In this document: one piece after another, positions 19,984-29,224 of the stretch | Layout: each line of letters starts with the position of its first letter | Position numbering within the stretch: position 1 is the first letter of the stretch | Sequence record: SRR20825019_950 | DNA length: 49,236 nucleotides | Direction: 5' to 3' (one strand) | The notes under the pieces: generated by a model | What the model was told of the DNA's origin: nothing | What the model saw: the letters and a program-made list of their open reading frames with translations, nothing else | The model's database searches: none | Position numbers and translations under genes: made by a program

Positions 19984-21531
19984 TCAGTCTCCCAGGGGAT
20001 TGATATCCCCAATAAACCTCAACATATCCGCCATGGTGAAGGTTCCTGGCGTGGCTGCCGGCAGGGATGGTTTCCAGTCTTTGCCCTCCTGCCAGAGGAA
20101 CGACTGCTGATCACCGTGGATCAACCCCACGAACACCTCGGACACGATGGCTGCCCCAACCGGGCCCAGCCGGTCACCGGCCTCTTTCACCTGCGCTTCC
20201 TTCAGGATGTAGTACCACAGCGGTGTTGACTCATGCAGCCCCTGGCGCTTGGCTTCCTCGCCATCCGGCCCGGTCGCAATTTCATCGGCAGTCAACGCAT
20301 TGGCTACGCCCATTTCACGGGCCACATCCTGGCCGGAGGGCAAGCCCAGGCTCACGCCGCGCTTGAGATTACGGAAAGCCAGGTTACCGCCACCACCCGG
20401 CAGATTATGAAGTTCTTCCACCAACAACGGGTCCAGTTTCCGCGACGGATTGAATGGCATCGACGATGGACGGTCAAGGTCGTGGAAGCGCCGCCAGTCG
20501 ATAATCCAGTTGCTGGGCAACACACTGACTGGCGTTGGCCCGGTGGGAGGCTGCGGTGCGAGATTTCCAATAATGTCCCCAGACAGTCCGGAGAACGCAA
20601 ACAACAGATCAAAACCGGTATCCGCGAAGATCCGGTTGTGGCTATAGCGCTGGCGCACCATGCTGTGCCCCAAACGATAGGCCGCCACTGAAAACTCCAC
20701 CGGCATGTAAGGGGTTTTCTTGAACCGGTAGTACTGCCGGCCATCGTTGAGAATTCGGTCGGTCGCACCTTCCCCGCACAGACGCTCCATCCAGTCGTGG
20801 AGCACCATCCACTGATAGTGGTAAGTCACGGTTTTCCTGGCTTCAGTCAGGAGCTGTTCAGCCGCTACGCCCTCGCTCTGCAGCTTGTCACACACAGCGT
20901 TATGGAACTTCAGGAAGGCCAGGTGGGTCTGCGCAACCAGCAGGTTTTCATCGTTGCGCGGGTCACCAATCAATGCCACGCCTTCCGGGCTGCGGGGAAG
21001 GTCGTTGGCAAAATCGCCGGTGATGCCACCAAAATCGACGTTGATGTTCCGGCCAATCACCAACTTGGGACCACGTTGCGAAGGGTCCGCCGGGTTCCTG
21101 GCATACAGATGGGGTGAGCCGTCAGGGCCGAGACCATAGACATTATCCAGGTCCAGCGCCGGGGTACGGAAGTTCTCCAGTCCCAGCGGGTCCCTTTTCT
21201 TATCGGACAAAGAGCTCAGATCGAGCGTGATGTCGTGGTCGACAAACTGGCCAAAGTAGGTGTAACCGCCCGGAATGCCCGGATTGTCCAGTGAACTGTC
21301 CGTCGGATCGGGATCCAGCATGGCTTCCGCCAGCGCCTGTAACTTGTTGTCTGGCACATCCAGGGCCGACAGGCCCGGAAACATACGACCAAACATGCCT
21401 GGGTCATCGTGGCCGGATAACTGGTCAAGCCCCTTGCGTGACGGGTGCCGTCCGCCCATGCCATGGCCGGGACACATGTTGACTTTCTTGTACGTTTTTT
21501 CGCTCGTTTCGAACGTTTCCTTGATATTCAT
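19984..21531 (-). CDS. Bacterial heme peroxidase, peroxidase-cyclooxygenase (animal heme peroxidase) superfamily
   Basis: YFGQFVDHDITLD (distal His), LDLDNVYG, IGDPRNDEN (distal Arg), FLKFHN, HYQW, EFSVAAYRLGHS (proximal His), TPLWYYILKEA. GAGAGG RBS. Confidence 0.9.
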   Translation of the reverse strand: MNIKETFETSEKTYKKVNMCPGHGMGGRHPSRKGLDQLSGHDDPGMFGRMFPGLSALDVPDNKLQALAEAMLDPDPTDSSLDNPGIPGGYTYFGQFVDHDITLDLSSLSDKKRDPLGLENFRTPALDLDNVYGLGPDGSPHLYARNPADPSQRGPKLVIGRNINVDFGGITGDFANDLPRSPEGVALIGDPRNDENLLVAQTHLAFLKFHNAVCDKLQSEGVAAEQLLTEARKTVTYHYQWMVLHDWMERLCGEGATDRILNDGRQYYRFKKTPYMPVEFSVAAYRLGHSMVRQRYSHNRIFADTGFDLLFAFSGLSGDIIGNLAPQPPTGPTPVSVLPSNWIIDWRRFHDLDRPSSMPFNPSRKLDPLLVEELHNLPGGGGNLAFRNLKRGVSLGLPSGQDVAREMGVANALTADEIATGPDGEEAKRQGLHESTPLWYYILKEAQVKEAGDRLGPVGAAIVSEVFVGLIHGDQQSFLWQEGKDWKPSLPAATPGTFTMADMLRFIGDINPLGD

Positions 21532-21626
21532 TCCTCTCTCCCATTTGGACTATCAGGTCCTCAGACCGTCGAAGCCGCGAACAACGGCCAGGGCGTCGTG
21601 CCCTTCGCGACGAGCCCCAGGGAAAT

Positions 21627-21642
21627 AGCAGCTTCCATGCCA
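21627..21642 (-). promoter_or_regulatory. Candidate sigma-54 (-24/-12) promoter of the peroxidase gene
   Basis: Minus strand TGGCATGGAAGCTGCT with exact GG-N10-GC spacing, ~95 bp upstream of the ATG. Confidence 0.6.
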
Positions 21643-22155
21643 GCGAGATATCAAGTGAAAAAACCGAACTACGGGCCCATCGGAATCCCATGCTCAAACA
21701 GGCAGTTAACAACAACAGCCAGGCGCATTCAGGACCGACAGCCAACATTGGACAACTTCCACGACCGCCGGAAAACAGCACGCCTGCATACATTGCTGAC
21801 AGCGGGCGACGACGGAATTTTTTCAGGAGAGCACGAAAAAGTACGGATTTTAGATTTTTGCAGACAGGAGCCAACACAATCACTGCACTTTAAACACATT
21901 TACAGAGTTTTCTGGTTTGCTTTACACCCTACGTATCAAAATCTGACACTTTTTAGCCGAACGCCCTTGGCGTTTTCCACTTCGAGCTCTAATGACCACC
22001 CCCTATCTCAGCCCTAAATAGCATTGCCCCGTAAAATCAGCCACCTGAATGCGTACAGACCTGGGCGAGGAATCAACACTCAGACGATATGTCGCATATG
22101 CAAAGATGTTGAAACTCATTACAGCTTTTACAAACCATTTCCGGAAATACCGGTA

Positions 22156-22584
22156 TCAACGCCTGAAACGCGTCTCCAGAACCACCGCCGAATTGGTTCG
22201 CTCCACACCCTCAAGATTGCCGATTTCGTCCAGAACCGCACTCAGCTCCTCCAGGGACTGAGCCTGGACGATGGCAATCAGATCATACTCGCCGCTGACA
22301 GAATACAACTGGGATACCTGGCTGATCTGTTCCAGGGCTGCGTTGGTTCGAGCCGTCAGCTTCTGGAAAACCTTGATCGACACATGGGCCTCCACCTGAG
22401 TTGCCGTGTACTCGCCCCCAAGCTCAACGGAATACCCGCGAATCACGCCACTCGCTTCGAGCTTTGCAATGCGGTTCTGCACCGTTGAGCGCGACAGGTC
22501 CAGTGCCCTGGCCAGGTCCGAGACACTGCAACGGGCATTCTGGCGCAGGTGTAATAGTAGCCTTTGGTCCTGCTCGCTGATCAT
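22156..22584 (-). CDS. Lrp/AsnC-family transcriptional regulator
   Basis: DQRLLLHLRQNAR...DLARALDLSRSTVQNRIAKLEASGVIRGY helix-turn-helix, VSGEYDL. Start trimmed to MISEQD. Confidence 0.93.
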   Translation of the reverse strand: MISEQDQRLLLHLRQNARCSVSDLARALDLSRSTVQNRIAKLEASGVIRGYSVELGGEYTATQVEAHVSIKVFQKLTARTNAALEQISQVSQLYSVSGEYDLIAIVQAQSLEELSAVLDEIGNLEGVERTNSAVVLETRFRR

Positions 22585-22720
22585 ATCGACATCATTCCTG
22601 GTCAAATTGCCATAATATATCATCATTTATCATTTTTTGACGCTACAAAATGGCACTACACCCCATCATACTGGCCCTGCCACTCTCCGCTTCCAGCGGT
22701 CAGCAGATGAGGACATGTCT

Positions 22721-23845
22721 ATGATTATCCGCCCGGTTGCCCTCTCAGACCTCGCCGCTCTGCAGCAGATTGCCGTGGAATCCGGCCCCGGTTTCACCTC
22801 ACTGGTCGATGACCGTGATTTCCTGACCCAGAAAATCCGTCATTCCATGGACAGTTTTAACCGCCATACCGGTACCCCAGGCGACGAAGGCTATCTGTTC
22901 GTGTTGGAAGACCCGGAAACCGGCGAAATCATGGCTACCACCGGTATTGAAGCCTCTGTAGGCATCCGACGCCCTCTGTATCATTATCATCGCAGCCAGG
23001 TCGTTCACCACTCGCCGGAACTGAATCTGCTCCGCCGACTGGAAGTCCTCAACATGTGCAATCATTACACCGGTTGCAGCGAGATCTGCACACTGTTTTT
23101 GCGGCCCAGGTTTCGGCGGGCGCACGCGGGCAAGCTGCTCTCCCGGGTTCGCTTTCTGTTTATGGCCCAGCATCCGCAGCGTTTTGCTGAGACTGTCATC
23201 GCTGAAATGCGGGGCATCTCGGACGAAGGCGGGCAGTCGCCCTTCTGGGATTGGTTGCGGACCCATTTCGTGGATCTTGATTTCAGCACGGTGACACGCA
23301 TGGTGGGCACGGGCGACAACGGCTTTATCGCCGACCTGATGCCCCGACACCCGCTCTACACCCATTTGATGGACGAAAACGCCCGCGCTGTTATCGGGCA
23401 GGTACACCCGCAAACCCGTCCGGCGCTGGCCATGCTCGAAGCCGAAGGGTTCCGCCATAATGGTTACGTGGATCTGTTTGATGCCGGCCCGACCGTTGAG
23501 GCGAGACTGGCCGATATCCGCTCGGTATCGACGTCCGTCGGCTGCCGTATCCAGATTGTTGATGATGTGCGACCGACGCTCGAGGAATGGAACCGGGGTG
23601 GCCAGGGCCGACTGTTGGCCATCACCAATACCGAAACGGCGAATTTCCGCGCCACCGTCACCAGTGCTGCCCGATACCTGCCTGCTCACAATCTCCTGCA
23701 GGTACCGGCAGCACTGGCAAAGTCGCTTAATCTGCGCAACGATGGAGAAGTCCGTTTCATGGAACTTGCAGCCGCACAGAGCGGAGCTGCGACCACAGCC
23801 ATTCCACTGCGCCAACAACAGGAGGCCATCCATGCACACCGATAG
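22721..23845 (+). CDS. astA: Arginine N-succinyltransferase (AstA/AruG-like)
   Basis: MIIRPV, GFTSL, YLFVLED, SEICTLFL, GKLLSRVRFLF, VIAEMRG, SPFW, EGF...YVDLFDAGP. GAGGA RBS. Confidence 0.9.
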   Translation: MIIRPVALSDLAALQQIAVESGPGFTSLVDDRDFLTQKIRHSMDSFNRHTGTPGDEGYLFVLEDPETGEIMATTGIEASVGIRRPLYHYHRSQVVHHSPELNLLRRLEVLNMCNHYTGCSEICTLFLRPRFRRAHAGKLLSRVRFLFMAQHPQRFAETVIAEMRGISDEGGQSPFWDWLRTHFVDLDFSTVTRMVGTGDNGFIADLMPRHPLYTHLMDENARAVIGQVHPQTRPALAMLEAEGFRHNGYVDLFDAGPTVEARLADIRSVSTSVGCRIQIVDDVRPTLEEWNRGGQGRLLAITNTETANFRATVTSAARYLPAHNLLQVPAALAKSLNLRNDGEVRFMELAAAQSGAATTAIPLRQQQEAIHAHR

Positions 23846-24638
23846 AGATACTTTGTTCCGCCACCTTTGGGACAATTACTGCGAGGTGACACCCTCGGCA
23901 CAGGATATCCACCGGTTGCTGGATGACACCCAGGGCGGCGAAATTGTGAATGACCACATTGCCCTGCGTACCTTCAACATCGAGAAGGTAAACCTGGACA
24001 AACTGGCCGCGCACTTCCTGGCGCTGGGATATCACGAAGGCGGCGACTATCACTTCGACGCCAAGAAACTGTACGCAAAACACTACGAGCATCCAGATCC
24101 GACTGCCCCCAAGGTGTTCATTTCCGAATTGCTGGTTGATCAGTGTTCCGGGTCGCTGCAATCCATTGTGGAAGGCCTGGTGAGCCAGATGGACCCTACC
24201 GCCGTCACCCGGGACGACTTTCTCTATTCCGGTCGTCACTGGGATGTCGACCACACCACCTACCAGACCCTGCTGGAGGAAAGTGAATACGCGGCCTGGG
24301 TAGCGGCTTGGGGTTATCGGGCCAACCACTTTACGGTGAGCATCAATCATCTCAGCCGATTCAAAACCGTGGCTGAAATCAATCAGACCCTCAAAGACAA
24401 CGGTTACCGTGTGAACAGTTCCGGAGGTGAGATCAAAGGCTCTCCGGAAGAGCTGCTGGAACAATCTTCCACCATGGCGGACCGCGCCGACGTCCGGTTT
24501 ACGGATCAGACGGCGGCCATACCAAGCTGCTTCTACGAGTTCGCACGTCGCTATGCCAAGCCTGACGGAAAGCTCTACAGTGGCTTTGTTGCCGCCTCGG
24601 CGGACAAGATTTTCGAGAGCACGGACAGCCGAACCTGA
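23832..24638 (+). CDS. DUF1338-family protein (2-oxoadipate dioxygenase/decarboxylase HglS/YdcJ-like, short form)
   Basis: NDHIALRT, PKVFISEL, ESEYAAW, ANHFT, LLEQSST, FYEFARR, ADKIFEST. AGGAGG RBS; start overlaps the astA 3' end. Confidence 0.85.
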   Translation: MHTDRDTLFRHLWDNYCEVTPSAQDIHRLLDDTQGGEIVNDHIALRTFNIEKVNLDKLAAHFLALGYHEGGDYHFDAKKLYAKHYEHPDPTAPKVFISELLVDQCSGSLQSIVEGLVSQMDPTAVTRDDFLYSGRHWDVDHTTYQTLLEESEYAAWVAAWGYRANHFTVSINHLSRFKTVAEINQTLKDNGYRVNSSGGEIKGSPEELLEQSSTMADRADVRFTDQTAAIPSCFYEFARRYAKPDGKLYSGFVAASADKIFESTDSRT

Positions 24639-24650
24639 AGGACAAAGCCT

Positions 24651-25523
24651 TCAGGTCGTTACCAGTTCCTCACAGATGACCTTCAGGCAGGCTGGCCTGC
24701 ATTGAGCACGAAGTGGTGTATCGCCGGCGATGTCCCCATCCATGGTGACCGTTCGGCGCGAACGGGTGGTGATCGACACGGTCGGGCTTTTGAGGTGAAC
24801 CACTGTGCTGGTTCGTTTCGGAGAGTTACGGCTCAACCTCACCGTCAGAAAAGTCATGAAAAGCTGGAACAGCGAACGCGGCCTCACGGCCACGACATCC
24901 AATTGACCATCCCCTGCCGACGCCTGGGGAATCTCGTTGCCACCGCCGAAAAAGGCACCGGAGGACACCGCAATGGTCAGCCATCGCCCGGCCACGGTTC
25001 CCTTCTCGGTTTCGATGAGGCCATGGAAACCCCGATACACCCGCAGCTTCTGCAGCAACGCTACGCCATAGCTGAAGCGACCGAGAAGTCGTTTGGCGTC
25101 CGCCGACGACTCTCGAACCGGCAATGTGCCGAGTCCGATATGAGCCACGTTCAGAAACAGACCGTTATCGGTGGTGGCTACGTCCAGCATACGGGTCCGT
25201 CCTGCCGAGACCAGATTGCAAACATGCTGGGGATCGTCAGGCAGCCCCAGGTTGCGGGCAAAATCATTGGCGGTCCCGGAAGGCAGAACCGCGAGGGTAG
25301 CGCCGGTATCGAGACAAAAACCGGCCGCCGCATTTACTGAGCCATCGCCTCCAGCCGCGAGGATGAAGTCCCTGGGGCCCACCTCTTCGGTCCAACTCTT
25401 ATCGTCAAGACTGCAATCCCGGATATCGACAATGCCCGCACTTTCCAGGTAATTTCGCCAGAACTCAGCGCCACGATTGTCCTTTTCCCCGGCGTTGGGG
25501 TTGGCCATCAACCAGTAAACCAT
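24651..25523 (-). CDS. Diacylglycerol/lipid kinase family protein (YegS/DAGK-like)
   Basis: ANPNAG, AGGDGS, LPSGTANDFAR, FFGGG, MDGD. Start trimmed to MVYWL. Confidence 0.9.
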   Translation of the reverse strand: MVYWLMANPNAGEKDNRGAEFWRNYLESAGIVDIRDCSLDDKSWTEEVGPRDFILAAGGDGSVNAAAGFCLDTGATLAVLPSGTANDFARNLGLPDDPQHVCNLVSAGRTRMLDVATTDNGLFLNVAHIGLGTLPVRESSADAKRLLGRFSYGVALLQKLRVYRGFHGLIETEKGTVAGRWLTIAVSSGAFFGGGNEIPQASAGDGQLDVVAVRPRSLFQLFMTFLTVRLSRNSPKRTSTVVHLKSPTVSITTRSRRTVTMDGDIAGDTPLRAQCRPACLKVICEELVTT

Positions 25524-25657
25524 TGCATACCGTCTTCCTGGGTCTGTTTTGGATTTTTGACGTACTAAGGTATAAGCCATGGTAGCGGAACTTGCCATCA
25601 ACATGGTCAAGGTTTAACGGCGCTGTAACGCCGCCACCGACGAACTAAGGGAGACCG

Positions 25658-26443
25658 ATGCTGGAAGATGTCAATGTTGTCTGGCTGGGGTCGATTGCCA
25701 GCCTGCTGGCAGGCCTTGGGACAGGTGTCGGTGCCCTGGGTGTATTCCTGGTCAGAAAGCTCACGCCACAGCTGCAGGACGGCATGCTCAGCGCAGCTGC
25801 GGGGGTCATGCTGGCGGCGTCGTTCTTCTCGCTACTACTCCCGGGCATCGAATACGGCGAGGAGCTCACCGGCGCTACCTGGAGCGCCGCGTTGATGGTT
25901 ATCGCCGGCCTTCTCATGGGCGCAGGCCTGCTCTTCAGCATTCATCAGCGGCTACCCCACGAACACTTCACCCTGGGCCGGGAAGGCCCTGACAGCGCAC
26001 GTATACGCCGGATATGGCTGTTCATCATCGCCATTGCCCTGCACAACTTCCCTGAAGGCATGGCCGTTGGCGTCGGGTTTGCCGGTGGTGACATCGGTAA
26101 TGGGGTGGCCCTGGCGGTGGGCATTGGGCTTCAGAACATCCCCGAAGGCCTGGCCGTGGCCGTCTCCCTGCTGGCCATCGAGCACTCACGCCTGAAATCC
26201 TTCGGGATCGCGGTGCTGACCGGGCTGCTCGAGCCCGTTGGCGGGCTTTTCGGCAGCACCATGGTATGGCTGGCAGAACCCATCATGCCGTGGACCCTCG
26301 GCTTCGCGGCCGGTGCCATGCTGTTCATTATCAGTGATGAGATCATCCCCGAGACCCATCGTGGCCGCTTCAAGACCCTGGCCACCTTCTCGCTTCTGGG
26401 CGGCTTCGTCATCATGATGTTCCTTGACGCCACGCTGGGTTAG
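25658..26443 (+). CDS. ZIP-family (GufA/ZupT-like) metal transporter
   Basis: AAGVML, PHEH, ALHNFPEGMAVG, QNIPEGLAV, AAGAML, EIIPE. Confidence 0.93.
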   Translation: MLEDVNVVWLGSIASLLAGLGTGVGALGVFLVRKLTPQLQDGMLSAAAGVMLAASFFSLLLPGIEYGEELTGATWSAALMVIAGLLMGAGLLFSIHQRLPHEHFTLGREGPDSARIRRIWLFIIAIALHNFPEGMAVGVGFAGGDIGNGVALAVGIGLQNIPEGLAVAVSLLAIEHSRLKSFGIAVLTGLLEPVGGLFGSTMVWLAEPIMPWTLGFAAGAMLFIISDEIIPETHRGRFKTLATFSLLGGFVIMMFLDATLG

Positions 26444-27228
26444 CCGGGAAACAACACCCTCGCCATACCGATGCTGCTGACGATCAACAGCACAACGCCC
26501 AGCACCCGGAAGAAGATCGGTGTTTCCGCCTTCAGCATGCGGTCGTGAACGTAAAGCCCGATGACATGACCAATGGCAGCGCAGGGTAACAGCCACAGGT
26601 GGTGGATCAGCTGCAGGTCGACGCCCACCCAGATAAACGCCGCCATTTTGATCACCACCAGGATGAACCAGAGTGCGAACAGGGTGTCCCGCAGGCGCTC
26701 TTTCGGCAGATGCTGCGCCACAACGGCAATAATCAGCGGGGCACCAATCAGGGACGTACCACTGATGTAGCCGCCCACCATCAGAAACACCGCGTCCACA
26801 GTCCGGCTGCCGCTGCGAAAAGGCCGGTCCAGGATGTAGGAGATGGAGTACAGGGACACGATCACAAAGATAATCGTGCTCATGATCTCTGACGGCAGTG
26901 TGATCAGTCCGAACACCCCGATCAGCTTGGGCACGATCATGATCGCCAGAATCCGCCAGAGATAATGCCAATCGACCGTACCCACGACCGCCGCGCCATC
27001 ATCACCCGTACCCGACGACTTGCGATTATTCATCCAGATGGTCAGGGAGGAAAACACCAACAGGTGCACTGCAATGATGGGCAGGAACACCAGCGGGTCG
27101 TCCAGCACCAGCAGCAGGAAAGGCAGTGAAAGCACCGCCCCGCCGAATCCCAGCCCGGAACGGACAAACCCGCTCCAGATAAAAATCAGGCCAATCAGGA
27201 CATACTGGTACAACGCCAAGTCAGACAT
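26440..27228 (-). CDS. TauE/SafE (TSUP) family membrane exporter
   Basis: SGFVRSGLGFGGAVLSLP and repeated GGYISGTSLIGAP; ~8 TM segments. Start trimmed to MSDLAL. Confidence 0.85.
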   Translation of the reverse strand: MSDLALYQYVLIGLIFIWSGFVRSGLGFGGAVLSLPFLLLVLDDPLVFLPIIAVHLLVFSSLTIWMNNRKSSGTGDDGAAVVGTVDWHYLWRILAIMIVPKLIGVFGLITLPSEIMSTIIFVIVSLYSISYILDRPFRSGSRTVDAVFLMVGGYISGTSLIGAPLIIAVVAQHLPKERLRDTLFALWFILVVIKMAAFIWVGVDLQLIHHLWLLPCAAIGHVIGLYVHDRMLKAETPIFFRVLGVVLLIVSSIGMARVLFPG

Positions 27229-27463
27229 AGAGGTATCGAGGTTCCGGGAGCCAGGTTCGCGAATACAAAGGTGTATGAGCATACCTGCCGGGAAGCCCTT
27301 ACTTCCAGTAACAAACTGGCTACTTTTCTACAACGGAAGAAATGACAGAAAGCGCCTAGTTTTTAATCAATGCTTCCGGTAAAGCCGCCGGACAGAATTT
27401 CCGACAAGAACAACAGCCAGGCAGGAGGTGGGCCCTTCTGCCCGTGGTAAATGGAGAACAGCC

Positions 27464-28129
27464 ATGTCAGCAGCAGTTGATCATCTGGACGAACGGCTCC
27501 GGGACGACGGAGAATCACTTGAGGAGATCATGCCCTCAGCCATCACCCTGGCCATGATGTTGCGCCACCGGACGATGGCGTCGTGGATGCGAATCGAGTT
27601 TGACGGCTACAGTGATACTTCGGAACTCCCGCCCTACCGGCGCGATGTTCCCGGCCATATCGTGGCCCGCTCACCCCAGTATGGCTGGATCCCCGCCCCG
27701 GTCGACGACAAGCAGAAGCAGGACTTCGGCCATCGAGACATGCCAGAAGGCATCAAATCCCTGGAAAAAACCTGTATGGCCTGCAAGAAAGGCACGGGCC
27801 ACCGTATTGTTTTCGATAAAGAGGAAATGGCCACGCTTCAGGCGCATATCAACCTGACCGCCGAACTGGCCATTACCATCAGCAGGGACAGCTATAACAA
27901 GCTGCTTCGCGTTGTTCGCTGCGCCCTGTATCTCTGGGAACAGGAACTCATGGAACACGGGCTCAGTGGAGACCACAATTCCTACAGCACACAGGAACGG
28001 GAAAAAGTTGCCCACCTCGATGACCCCGAGCGGTTCTGGCGCAAGGCGCTTGAGGATAACGCCGACCTGCCCATTCCCGACGTGCGGGAAACCGGGTTCT
28101 TCGAACGTTTCTTCGGGCGGACAGGCTGA
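27464..28129 (+). CDS. AbiTii-like domain protein
   Basis: Pattern L..I...A..LA..L....W...E.DGY....LPPYR..PG...A.SP.YGWIP resembles the AbiTii domain. GGAG RBS before MSAAVD. Confidence 0.65.
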   Translation: MSAAVDHLDERLRDDGESLEEIMPSAITLAMMLRHRTMASWMRIEFDGYSDTSELPPYRRDVPGHIVARSPQYGWIPAPVDDKQKQDFGHRDMPEGIKSLEKTCMACKKGTGHRIVFDKEEMATLQAHINLTAELAITISRDSYNKLLRVVRCALYLWEQELMEHGLSGDHNSYSTQEREKVAHLDDPERFWRKALEDNADLPIPDVRETGFFERFFGRTG

Positions 28130-28144
28130 CACAGCCTCTAGCGT

Positions 28145-29212
28145 TTAACGGTCTGTCAGCTTGATCTCGATACGTCGGTTCTGTCGCAGCGCCTCGGCAG
28201 AACCGCCCGAAGCAACCGGGAAAAATTCCCCGAAACCGGCAGCTACCATGCGGTTCTGGGGAACGCCTGCAGAGGCAAGGTAGCGCACGACGGCGACTGC
28301 CCTGGCCGTGGAGAGTTCCCAGTTCGAGGGAAACGCTTCGGTATTGATGGGAATCCGGTCGGTGTGGCCGTCGATGCGCAGAATCCAGTCGATATCCTCG
28401 GGAATGGCGTCCACCACGTCCAGCAGCACTTCTGCCAGCTTGTCCAGCTCCTGTTGACCCTCCTGCCCAAGGCTGGCGGAGCCGGAGGCAAACAGCAATT
28501 CCGAAGGTAACAGGAAGCGATCGCCGACAATGCGGATGTTCTCGTTATCCTGCAGAATATCCCGCAGCCTGGCGAAGAACTCCGACTGATAGCGTTCCAG
28601 TTCATTGACTCGTTCGGCAAGCAATGTATTCAGGCGCTTTCCCACCTCTTCAAGTTCGGCTTCCTTCTCGGCGGTGAGGTCCTCCTGTAAACGCAACGCA
28701 GCGGTGATGCGGCCGAGCTGATCCTGCAGCGCAGCAATCTGGTTCGAAAGCTGCTGGATGATTGCGCGCTGGGAAGCCGTCAGTTGCTCTTCATCCTCCA
28801 ACTCCGACTCCGCCCTGGCGACGGCCTTGCCAAGATCTTCAACCCGCAGGGCCTGGGCCTCGGCATTGTATTGTTGCTCCAACCGCCGGGCCTTCTCCTC
28901 CTCCAGCTCCTCACGAAGTGTATCGTTCAGCGCGAGGCTTTCGCTGAAGCGGTTCTGGACCGCAGCCATCTCGTTTTCCAGGGCGGCGGTCTCTTCCTGC
29001 TCAAGACCAAGCAACCGGGAAATTTCCTGCAAGCGGCTATTGAGCCTGGCCAGTTCCGAATCCCGATCCGAGAGGGTTTGCGACAGGTACAGCTGGCTGA
29101 CCACGTAAATCAGCAGCATGAAGATGATCAACATCAGCAGTGCCGACAACGCATCGACGTATCCGGGCCATACGTTGATGCTGCTGCGGGTTCGACGCCG
29201 GGAACCGATCAT
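28145..29212 (-). CDS. MotB/OmpA-like peptidoglycan-binding motor subunit with long coiled coil
   Basis: VWPGYVDALSALL (MotB-type TM with Asp), ~150-aa heptad-rich region, OmpA-like domain (LLFASGSA, IDGHTD, NWELSTARA, AGFGE, NRRIEI). Confidence 0.85.
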   Translation of the reverse strand: MIGSRRRTRSSINVWPGYVDALSALLMLIIFMLLIYVVSQLYLSQTLSDRDSELARLNSRLQEISRLLGLEQEETAALENEMAAVQNRFSESLALNDTLREELEEEKARRLEQQYNAEAQALRVEDLGKAVARAESELEDEEQLTASQRAIIQQLSNQIAALQDQLGRITAALRLQEDLTAEKEAELEEVGKRLNTLLAERVNELERYQSEFFARLRDILQDNENIRIVGDRFLLPSELLFASGSASLGQEGQQELDKLAEVLLDVVDAIPEDIDWILRIDGHTDRIPINTEAFPSNWELSTARAVAVVRYLASAGVPQNRMVAAGFGEFFPVASGGSAEALRQNRRIEIKLTDR

Positions 29213-29224
29213 GGGGCTGGCCTG

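Noticed and set aside
4221..21531. Functional halogen-cycling link between the dehalogenase and the heme peroxidase
   Set aside because: They are ~15 kb apart with many unrelated genes between and no shared regulatory motif.
21445..22017. 190-aa plus-strand ORF spanning the long intergenic region
   Set aside because: Overlaps the peroxidase start on the opposite strand, has no RBS or recognisable motif, and has atypical composition.
23460..23831. N-terminal extension of the DUF1338 ORF suggesting a frameshift fusion with astA
   Set aside because: A strong AGGAGG RBS precedes the ATG at 23832 and astA is complete; no slippery site is evident.
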